From IMG/VR virus record IMGVR_UViG_3300006737_007029, positions 1-56,152 of that record: a stretch of 56,152 nt of DNA, one strand, 5' to 3'. The notes under the pieces are model-generated. The model saw only the letters and a list, made by a program, of their open reading frames with translations, searched no databases and was not told the DNA's origin. Positions 34,992-46,900 of the stretch are shown here, piece by piece (the first letter of the stretch is position 1; each line of letters begins with the position of its first letter). The translations under genes and the position numbers were made by a program. The stretch is from a virus. Lineage: Duplodnaviria > Caudoviricetes.

Positions 34992-37900
34992 TTATAGCAA
35001 TGATAAATCAGCAGGTGATGCCTGTAGGAATGATGCTTGAGGTGTTGTTGATTGTTGCAGTCCCAATCCATTTGATGCCGTTGATGCACCAGCTGTATAC
35101 CAAACTGATCCAGTTTTCCTTGAAATCCTAATAGTCAATCCATTGCCAGGAGCAGTTGTAAATGTTATTCCTGCAGTTGAATCTCCACCTATAGTGAATT
35201 CTTTAGTCGCTGTACCACCAACTTGAACCACCAATTCATTTGCATCTGTTGGTGTAAATGACGTTCCGTAGAATACTGTTGAACCATCACCTGTGTGTAC
35301 TTCAGATGTAGTTGTATCTTCATAACCTGAAATAGATTGATGTTTAGATCCATCTACAACCACTGATCCTCCTGCATGATGCTTGACTCCTGTGCCTAAT
35401 GTTCCTCTTACTAATCGTGAAATCACATTGCCATCTTTTTCAAAATAGTTAATTCTTTCTGTGCCGATAAACACCACACCAGGAGCATTATTTTCAGTGT
35501 CTGGTTCTGGCAGAGCAGTGCCATCAGTCACTGTCATTGTTGCATCAGATACACCAAGATCTAACACAAGTCTTGTCGAAGCTGCTTTGGACAATCTTCT
35601 GTAATGTGTTCTGTTAAGAATGTCTTTGAATACTCGATATCCCATAGGTTCTTTTCTTTGTGGACCAGTAATGTATGTGACCGATATAGTGTCGCTGATA
35701 TCCAGAGCACTTCTTGGCAGGAATAATTTTTTTCCTTCTAATCTATAATCCACGTTTGCAGTCAAATACCCTTTGTTTTTTCCTACAAACAGATAATCTG
35801 TGTTTAATGGTGTCGATGCTAATTCATAAACTTTTTCTTGTATGTCTATAATTTGCGTACTTTGTAGGATCGATCCAAAGTCTTCTGGATCAGTGTTGGC
35901 CGCAGTAAGGTCACCATAATCAATATCAGAGGCAGTGGTTGCTCCTTGTACTTGTCCAAAGTCTGTGATTACATCAATTAATGATCCAGTTGATCCTGAG
36001 AACACTTCTGTACGCATAGTCATTTGATCATGATTGTTAAATGTGGTCACAATAATTTTTTCATTGTGCATTGTACTTCCATCTGACCAATCGCCGTGCA
36101 GTGTAAGTTTTCCATCTAAGTCAACTGTATAATCCATACCTAACAGTAGCACTATGGCAAGACTATCACTGCTTGTTGGTGCTGTGTTAAAGTTTACTAT
36201 TCCTTTGTTTTGTGCATTAAATTGAAGTTGATATTCAGCCAAAGATAATTTGACTCCATTTTTGTATACTTCAATGTTGCTTGGTGTTGCCAAAGCACTA
36301 GCAACAGGTTCATCTGGTAACAAGTAAGTAGTACTTGTGTCATCACCTGTGTAGTATTTTACTTGTGGCGGTGTTAACTTGTATCGACCAGTACCATTAT
36401 TATCTCCGCTTACTCCTTCAACAAAAACTTTATGATGGAATGGACCAAACGCTCCCGGAAGTGTTGTTAGTTGTATTTTAATTTCTGTAGAGTCTGTTGG
36501 AATAGTGTATTCTGTTTGATCTACTTCTGAAAATGCTTTTGTAGATGCTGGTAAATCAAATGCATACACATCTATAATAGCATCATCGGCAGGAGCAGAA
36601 GAAAATGTTACAGTTGTTGTTCTTGCATTTGATGTCTGTGATATTGTGTGCGATGTTTTTACTCCATTCACCAACACGTAAGTTTGTTTTGTCAAATGGA
36701 ATGCAACATTAACATCAAACGCTGTGGTGGACCCATCTGCTTCAACTTGAAACTTGCCTAATAGGTCATCAGTTGATACACCAATTACAACAATTTTTAT
36801 TATTGCATTTATTTCTGGTGCTGTTGTGAATGTAATAGTTTGTGCTTTATAATCCACAGTGTAATCAGTAGTTTGTGCTTTGAAGTGATCATTAATGAAC
36901 ACTCTGATTCCATCTAAAGCTTTTGGTTCTGGAATTGCAAATGATACTGTTGATCCATCACCATAATAATTTCTCTTTTGTATAATACTTGCTCCATCAG
37001 TTGACCTTGTAAACACTTTCATATCCATCGTGTCATACACTCCACCTGGTAGTACTTCTTCTGGTGCATGAGCTGAATACTCAGAAATAAATGCGTCACC
37101 TACAACATTGATATCTTCTGGCCGCATTCCTAAATTTGTTGTGAATGTTTTCGAGTCTACAACCAAATCCAAATCAGTTAATGTATCAGCATCGGCATTT
37201 GGATCATCAGTAGCTTTGTCATATGCTAACACATCAAAGTTTGCTTCATCGTATCCTTCACCAGCTTGGAATGTAGTGGAACGTAATCTGGTTCCTGGAT
37301 ATTCTAATCCAGTCATTAGTTGTGCGTATGCATTTATTGTGGTTGAACCATCTCCTATCAAACCAGGCATGTTAGTCGTTGGTTCATAGAACGCATGAAT
37401 TCTGTCAGCCGCTGTCCATAGTGCTAAAGCTTGATAGCGATTTGCTGTTGACGAATCATTGTTATTTGTGGAGTCGTCTAGTAACACATCATCATCAAAT
37501 TTTTCTCCGGATTTAAATGAATATATTGCACGGTATATTTCATTTTCATATCTGATGTTGTCGCCTTTAGCAAACACTGTGTCTCTAGTCCATGTTTTTA
37601 TACCTGGTGAACCATCTGCAAGTGCATGGTTGCCTGCTACTCTATCAAACTTAATTGTTTCATTAAGTTTCCTTGTTTTGTTGTTTGTCAACACCGCACG
37701 TATTTTTGCTTCTTCCGTTACGCCTCCGCCACCGCCTGTCAAGGTAATTGTTGGGTTGGATGAATAACCTGTTCCTTGCGTAACAACTTGCACACTAACA
37801 ATGGCTCCATTTTGAATACTTGCTTTTGCAACTGTGCCTGAACCGCCACCGCCTGATATTGTTATGTTAGGAGCAACTGTGTATCCTGCTCCACCTTTGT

Positions 37901-40900
37901 CTACAGCAATTTCAACAATTTTGTATTTGTAGTTGTCAGAGAAAAATTTGTGTGGATTGTTTTCATACACACTAAAGTAAGTTGAATCACCTGCTACAAC
38001 TGTTGGAGTAACATATTTTCCTAGATCACTGTCCCAATATGTAGGATTATCAAAGTCAGTAAAGTCACCTTCCATTGTTTCTTTGATACCATATTTGCTG
38101 ACGTCATCACGCACTTGTGTCTTGTATGGAAGTACTTCATCAAAGAAAGCATCCACCGAGTTTGAAACATCCAATTGGAATTCGGATTTGTTAGATATTG
38201 ATTCTATTTCGTTTGTTTTTTTGATAAATGATGATTTGACAATCCAGTCTGCTCCAGGATCTTGAGCCAATGCAACTTTTATTGCAGTAAAGAATACTTC
38301 TGCCGCATCAAAGTCTGAACTCTCTTGGAATGAATTAATTGCTTGTAGGATATTTCTTAGTTCTTGAACTGCTTCTTCATCGAATGTTAAAGAGTCATAT
38401 GCTTCGCCACCAAATCCTCTTGATGTGCCTGAGTAATCATACAAAGAAGCATCCAGTTGAATTGTGCCGTTGCCTATTCCTACAACATCATATCCACCTG
38501 CTGTTGTAACATATAATCTGAAAGCACCATTGTAAGATGATTTGACTTTAACAATTTGTCCTATTTCAGATGACAGTTCTTTCTTTGCCTTCTCGTCTGC
38601 TACAATGATGTCTGGCACTGTGAAAGATGAGTAACCACTAGCATAATAATCAGCATATGACCAATATCTGTTTGTGTCAAACTGTTGATTACGCTCTCTG
38701 ATAAATTTATTGCCATCATAATTGTAAATTGCCCATCCTTGTACCAAAGAATCTGTTGTGACTAAAACTTTGCGACCGGATGCAAATGTTTCTGTATTGA
38801 TGTAGTCTAAATCTATTTCAGTGTCAACTACTTGATCATACTCACCTAATAGTATGTTGGGTATAGGATCCGATGCAGTCATCAAACTTAAATCAACCTG
38901 TGTTGCATATGGTTGTAATATCAATCTCGAATTAATAAATTTGACAACAGTTTCTAGTGCGTTCAATCTATTTTTGAAGATTGATTGTCTAGGTCTATTC
39001 AATGTACCAAAACGCATATCTTCAGGGAATTCTAAGTCAGGCACTGTTCTGCCATTTACATCTACTCCAACTAATGAATCATGATATTTTTGTACAAGAT
39101 CTTTTGGTAAAGAAACGTTTGGATCACCTTCTGATAATAACACATACTCTTCATGTGCTTGAATTGGATCAGTGTCTGTAGTGTTTTCAATATGAAAGGC
39201 AATATTTTTATTTGTCAGCACACTTGGTTGAATACTCAATAGTACTGCATTGGAGTCAATCACAGCACTATAATTTTCCGAATATGATTTCGGATCTTCA
39301 ATTGTGCTGGCAATTTGTGCTGTAGAAATTGATCTGTTGTCAACTGCAGGCACTGTAGAAGATTTTTCTACCCAGTAAAAATATCTTTCAACAAATGTGT
39401 TTTTTACATCGTCAAACACATTCTGTGTAACAAAGTTTGTTTGTGCTGTGCCTGTGATTCCTTCTTGTTGGCCTTCGACTGTGGCTGATAATATATTATA
39501 ATTTGTAGGAGTATAGATACTTCGTACCCATTCTTTTACTGATACATCACTTGCAGGGTGTACTTTCCCCCAGTTCAATAATCTTTGTTCTAATTCTCCT
39601 TGTTCATACCATAAAAATTTAAGTTGCTTCGTATCTAACCAAACTTCACCTACATGTTCATCATTCCAAGAATCATAATTTGCAGGGTCAAAAGGTGTTT
39701 TGTATCTAATGTTTTCTTCTATTTCAGCAAAAAATAAACCTTTGGCAGGATCTATTCGCGGCATGTCTATAATTTTTTGATTGTTCACTCGAGTGTACAT
39801 GAATGTTTTCTCAATTGAATTTGGATTCATTAAATCGTCTTGTGTAATTGTTTCAGTCCAATAATCTGATGTGCTTGTTTTTGCATAGTAATACACTTCG
39901 CCTGCATCTGCTCTAGTAGAACTATCATTAGCAACCACTTCAACTCCAGGTGCTCCAACATAAACATTTTGACTGCTGACTGCTAATGCTTGTCCAAATG
40001 AATCATTTACTGTTGCTCCTGCATACGATAATGTCTCATTGTGCAAATATGATGTATCATATTTAGAGTATAATTGAACAGATCCTGTATCCAACACAGT
40101 GGCAGAGAAACTTGTACCTCCAGCATCAAATGTTGTTTCGTTCAATTCAGTAGAACCATCATCCATAAATTTATCAAATGTTGTTACTCTAGTATTATTT
40201 CCATTTGCTGAGTACACTGCTAAGTTGTTGCCGCTCAATGCAACAGTGGTTCCAAATTGTCCTTCAACTTCAGCAGGTTGTGACACAATCTTTTGTGCTT
40301 TTTGGTACTGTGAAATAACCACTGTGTCACCTAATGCTGGCGTAGATGAAAGTGTTACTGTATTAGTTGCTTCATCTACATGATAGGTTGTTGCTAGTGG
40401 TGATGATGAATCATCAAAGGCCCAGTTATTTGTGCCTGTGCTTACATATAATCTTGTGTATTTTTGAACTGTAAATGTTGGTACAAAAGCTGTTGTTGAA
40501 CCATCACCAGTGTGTGTTGATGTTTGGTTGATATAATGATACACTGTACCTTGGTTTGGTTCAGTAACTGTCTCACGTGGACATCCAATTAATAAATCTG
40601 TTCCATCTGCACTCAATTGTATTGATGTACCAAATTTTGTATTTGCTTGAGCAGTGTCTTGCCTTAAGTTTTCTACTTCAATATATGTTGCCCCAGACTT
40701 TTTCCACACAAACACAATACCTTGATCTGCTAATGTGCTGTCGTCATATAGTTTTACTCCAACAGCAATCACAGAACCATCATTGGATATTTGTAATGTT
40801 TCACCAAATCTTGCTCCTACTTGCGATAGTGTGTTAGGTGTTAGAGTTTGCCAATGCTCGTATTGAGCCAATCCTGATGAATCCGACACACCTCTTTTGA

Positions 40901-43900
40901 ATACATAAACTTGTCCTTGATCAGCAAGTGTTGAGTCATTTGGACCTCCTGGTGCACCAACTACTATCCATTCTCCATCACCTGATATGCCAACTGTTTC
41001 TCCAAAACGTTCTCCTGATTTAATGTTAGGCGAAACAAGGTTAGCCGATATAGCAAACTGTTTATTAGTGTCTTGCGTAATCACATTCACTGTGCCTTGT
41101 GCAGTTCTATTACCATCTGTAATTACTTTGTCAATAATTGATACTGATGATGAGTCATTAGCATTTAATGTGCTGTCATCAAAGTCAGTGCCACTGGTTA
41201 CTTTTACGTAGAATATGTCTTGCGTTGTGCCCTCTTCGTAACGCATCACTGTACCAGTTGCTCCAGTGTCGCCACCTATTACATTTTGTCCCCTAGCAAA
41301 TGATCTAGTGCTGTCTTGTGAAGGACCAGGTGCTGTCATTTTTACAATATCTTCAGTGTTTGGAGCACCTACTAAAACTATTCCACCATCATCGGAAATT
41401 GCCACTGATGTGCCAAATTCATCATCTCCAGCAGTATTTTTAATGCCAGGAACAATCTGTGTGTACATAGATATATCATCAGATGCTTTTGGTCTATTGT
41501 ATATCAATATTCTTTCTGCACCTTTTGCCGTCACTGCAAGAAATTTTGTGTCTGTTGATAGTGCCAAGTTTGCACCAAATTCTTCATTATCATTTTTCTT
41601 GTCAGCAAGATCAGTGTTGATTCCTAGTGCATCTTCAAAAGTAAACACTCCTAGTGAATCACGTTGCCACACTTTCCAACTGCCGCCATTGGTTTCATAT
41701 GCATTGTCCACATAAACATAATCCCCGGTTTGCCATCCTTTGATAGGTGTAATGTCCTGCAAATTATCAATGTCGGCAGTTCGAATAGTTTGAATTTTAG
41801 CAAGGTCTCCGTCCAGACTTGAACTATCTAGAGTACCTTCAAAAGTGATTGTAAATTTATATGCAGTGTCAGTAGAATCAAGAGGTAAAGATATTTCGTA
41901 CACCCCGTCTGCTTGTGTTCCAAAGTTTAATATTGCAATAAAGTCACCGGCATTCAATCCATGTTGTTCAGTTGTAGTAAATTGCACTTTATTGTCAAAT
42001 TGGGTGTAAGACAAAATTGAATTGTTAGTTAAATTTACACGTCTAACATCCCAATCTCCTGTAGGTGTGTTTGCAATCCAAATTGTGGTTCCTTCTTTGA
42101 ACGTTTCAACATCAAGTGTAGTCATGTCAGTGGTATTCCACACTGTGAAGTCTACTTGCTCAACTTGAGGGTATCCTGCTGTACCCATTTTGAATATATT
42201 ACTAGGATAATTTGAACTGTCATATGAGTAAGCAGTAAATTTTTCTGCTGGAATTTCATAAGGACGTTTATTGAATTCATTATTAGCAACATTCAACACC
42301 ACACCAGTATCATCTTTACTTGCATCTGTGATCTGATATACATGCTGAAGCTCTGTGTGATTTTCACCGCTTACTGGCCATGCGTATTGATTTTTTGTTC
42401 TGTGTCCACCATATTCTCCAATCCTTATCATCCAATCCTCAAACAGAGAGAATGTTGCGTTTTGACCAAATTGTGTAGGCAATGTAATTTTATCTATAAT
42501 TTGATTTGTGCCTTTGTCTCGAATAAATCCTTGATACAATTTATATTGTGTTGCTTCTTCAAACCCCAAATTTACTAGATAATCACGTTTTTGATATCCT
42601 ATCAAGTGCTGTGCATATTTTTGTTGTTCAGCATCAAAATTTTCTGTATCCAAAGAATAAAAATCTCTAAACGATTCGGCCTTGTTATCTAAGTTATTGA
42701 TTATGTCAGGAACAGGAGTAGTCTTAATTGCAAATTGTAAAGCATCAAAATTATTTGTAGATGTATGACTATTTTTTGCAACATAAGTGTTTCCTTGATA
42801 CGTTACTACGTCACCAATTTTATAATCTTTGTATTGTTCCCAATCCGATATTTGTGCTCTGTCAATAATAAAACCAGGTGAATATAAATCTCCTTGCCAG
42901 TCTGCTGTTTTGAATCCTACTAATTTTAATCTTTCTTGTCTTGCACCTAGTTCAATATCATAAATGACATCTTTGAACGATGTCAAATTATCAAGCACTA
43001 ATAAATGTTCTTTTTGCACTGTACGGATATCAGCATTGTAGATTCCATCTTCGTTAGGATTAGTGCCAATTACTAATTGTCCATCTGCTCTGCTTACTCT
43101 TAAATTTTTAGGAATAATAGGCAATCCATCTTGTTGTAATACAGTGTAAAATCTATCACCTTGTACTAGATCGTCACCTATCGATGCAGGTCTTACATGT
43201 GTCAATTGTGAACTAGCAGGTGATACAGACAAGACCGAACCGTTTGACCAGTTCTGTGTAGTCCAAAATAAAATTTCTTTGACTGACAAATCCCAATCCA
43301 TTGTTAATTCTAAATCAGTTGAATATTCATCAAATACAAATCCTATACTTTGCAAATATTGATCGTATCCGTACACAAAATTTGCAAGATCTTGCACACT
43401 GGTGTATTCTGTACCATATGGCACTGTGGTAATGTTTGTGTGATAGTTAGAAAATTTCTTTACACTGACTCCGCCTTTGAGTGGTAGCACTGGTCCTATT
43501 TCTGACCAATTGCTTTCTTCGAAAGTATCTCCAGATGCTACGGCATTCAATGCTCTGTAAAATATTCCCGCATTTCTTACGATCCATCCTTTTGCATAAG
43601 AACCTCCAGGTTGCCATTCTGAAAATGAGTCAGTGGTCTGTCCTACTGCAATAACACTGGCATCACGTGTGGTGATAGGAGCATTAATTTTGAATGCACG
43701 ATTAAAGTTTGAATATCCACTTACCTTGTATCCGTTTGTTGATTTTTCAACAATTACACCTGAATAGTTAGACACAGAAGTTGGAGCAGATTTATGTAAT
43801 ATCAAATTGTAGTTTTCTTTTGGAGTAAACACTGATTGGTTTGACGACAAAGGAGAAGATGAAGAAAGTTTAACTTCTAAATTTTGTTTGTTGGAATATC

Positions 43901-46900
43901 CTGCTAGTTTGTAAACCAACTGTACACTTAGATTTTGTAATCTTACTTCTAGTGCTGTGCTAGTTAACCCTTGTGATTTTACATAATCGTAAATTACATT
44001 AATATAACCTGCAGTTTGGGCCGTTGATGGAAGCACATAATTTGATGGCGACTGTCTGTATTGATTGTTGTAAATGTTTTGTCCAACTGCATTTGTAGTA
44101 TTCCTTGATATGTCAAAAAATACTCCTGCATACTTTACAGGGTGTGCTAAAAATTTTGCTATTTGTTCAGCAAATCTCCATGATGACGATGAACGCCATG
44201 CCCATTCAGCTGGTCCCATATCACCATATGACCATTTGCGTGATAGGTTGAGAGAGTTGATAGTATCGTCGGTCAACAATCCAGCATTAGGTGGAGCAAC
44301 TAAGTCTCCATTTTCGCTTACAGGGATTACAGAATACACATCGGAACGTTTGTATTTGTTATATGTACCTTTTCTGTCACCAAGTGCTATTGTGCCTCTT
44401 GCTACATCGTTCCATAAAACATTGTTGCCTCTTGTGTATGGTGCTGGTCCATATCTATCATCCCACCAACTAGGTTTTGCTCCAAAGCCAAACATTTCCC
44501 ATGGAGTAGAGTGTGGAGAAACAGTATCAAAATATTCCAAATACACACCACGCCAATGTCCAGGTAATGGATCACTGTCTGTTGTTCTGTTGATTGTTTT
44601 TGAATAGTCTGAATAGTTCCATGTGAATGGTTCACCATTTTGGTAAACATCGTTGGACACATAGTCTATCCCGTTTGTACCAGTCCAATAATAAAAATCA
44701 CGTGCATATGCATTGATTACTTCTGTACGAGTGTAAGAATTAGTTTTGAATCTACCATAAGAAAATTCAATTGCTTCAGGATTATGAGTAATTTTTATAT
44801 TGTTGTATATTCTTTTTTCAAACTCTAATAAGATATCATCTCTAAAGTCACCAAATCCAATAGTTCTGCTTCCATCATGTCCTTTGATAGTTAATAATCC
44901 ACCTGTTGACGAATCTTCATTAAGATAGATATCATCATGTTCTAGAGTTGGTTCGTATGCTGGAGCTAGTCCTAGTTTACTAGGTGTCGCAGGTACAAAA
45001 GATCCATTTGTTGTGTCATGCTCATCTACAGTGATTTTATCATCAGTTGCTAGAGCAGATTTAATTTCAAAACCTATAAAGTTTGCAGAATCGTCAAGGC
45101 CAATAAATTCATAATCACGCCCATGTACCAATTGTGTGCCATTGACATATATGTAAAGTGCTTTTTGAGATAATGCAGTAAGATCAAATGCAGATGTAAT
45201 AGGATATAAAGTGACTGCAGGATCAACCACTGTGTATGACAATATTGTCTTGTCGCCACCATATGCAATCATGTCTGAATCATAATAAGCAAAACTAGAA
45301 TTTTTGTTTGCATTAATTTCATCTAAAATAATATCAAGATTTTTTGATGCAGATTCTGTCATTACAAGTGTTTCTGCTTTTCTCAAAATGTTAGCTTTGA
45401 ATTGTTCGTAATCTACACCTGTCTTTCTCCAGGATTCTACAATATTGACTGTGTCATCACGTAAGAATAAAGAAGCCAAAGGCATACTGCCTTCATGTTG
45501 TACAATTTTCGTTCCACGTTGAATTATTTCTTTTATGTCACGTGAATTATTTGCTCCGACTATGGTTCCTGTTAATGCATCTACTTCTTCTAAAGCAGAA
45601 TACCAATGTTTTGCATAATCGCCTATTGTTAATGTGCCAACACTTTCATTCAATGGATTATTTTGTGCCGCAGGTGCAACTTCATAATATCCATTCAAAG
45701 TTCTGATACCAACTGTCGAATGTGATTTGATTGTTACTATGTCATCTTGTGTAGATACTGTATCTAATTTTACAAACAATTTGTCTTGCACACCTGCCAC
45801 TGTGGTATATGCTGTTGTTTTTATTCCATTTACAAACACTAATAATGTTAGATCAGTAAGCGAGTTTGGATTCTGATAAGATTCTACTTCAAATTGATTT
45901 TGATCCGCAGTAGCAACATATTGTTCTACCACTCGTTGTTTGCCGTCTGCTTTGGTAATTCTGTAATTTGTAACTAATTCTTGTTCCCCAAATTGATTTG
46001 TTTTCCTTAGATAATATGATTTTATGTTTTCAGATACTGGAGCTGTACCTTGCACATAAGTGATAGTGTCTGTGTTGAAAGTGTCATTCACTTGCATGTC
46101 ACTCAACAATCCTAATCGTGAATATATCACATTTGTACCATACACAGTGTCAGGTGTACCTTGCGAATCATCAGTGTTGATTTCAAACACAGTGGATCCT
46201 ACAAAGTCTGTAGAAATAAATGTATCTAAATTAGATAATGATATTTGTGCATCTGTAAACACATCAAATAAAGGTTTTTGTTGCACACTTGTCTTTTGTT
46301 GTGATTTGGTCCATTTGTAATCAGCTGATGAATAATGATAAGATATTCCTTGATTATTACCACGTGTGCCTACGACAGAGGTTCCATCTGCTATCGCTGT
46401 AGAATCATCTACAATTTGTAAATGTAGTCTACTAGGATTGCCTGCAGTGGAATCTCCTAATTCATAAAATTTAACCTGGAAAATTTTATTTTTCTGCTGT
46501 TCATCTTGTGTAAACACAACTAGATCATTCTCACGCAACACAGTGCCATCTGAAATAAATCCTAAAGTTCCACTTACAAGTGACAGAGCATCAGTGACCT
46601 GCGTGTCAACAACATCAACTAGTCTATGAGTATATCCATGATTGTATAAATTCAAACCTGCTTCAAATTCTATGATAGGTCTCTTTGCTCTTTGATTTTC
46701 TGAAATTGGAATAGCATAGTTATTTTTTGAGTTGCAAAGTGCGATTACATCTTTGTGGAACCATCTGTTTGATCTTGACCAAGCATTTCTGTCACGTGCT
46801 GATCTGTTTATGGTCCAATAATCAACAGCAACCAATTGACCGGTTGAATTATCCCAGCCTCCTGTATCAAATCCTTCAGTGCCAGCTGCATCGAAAATTG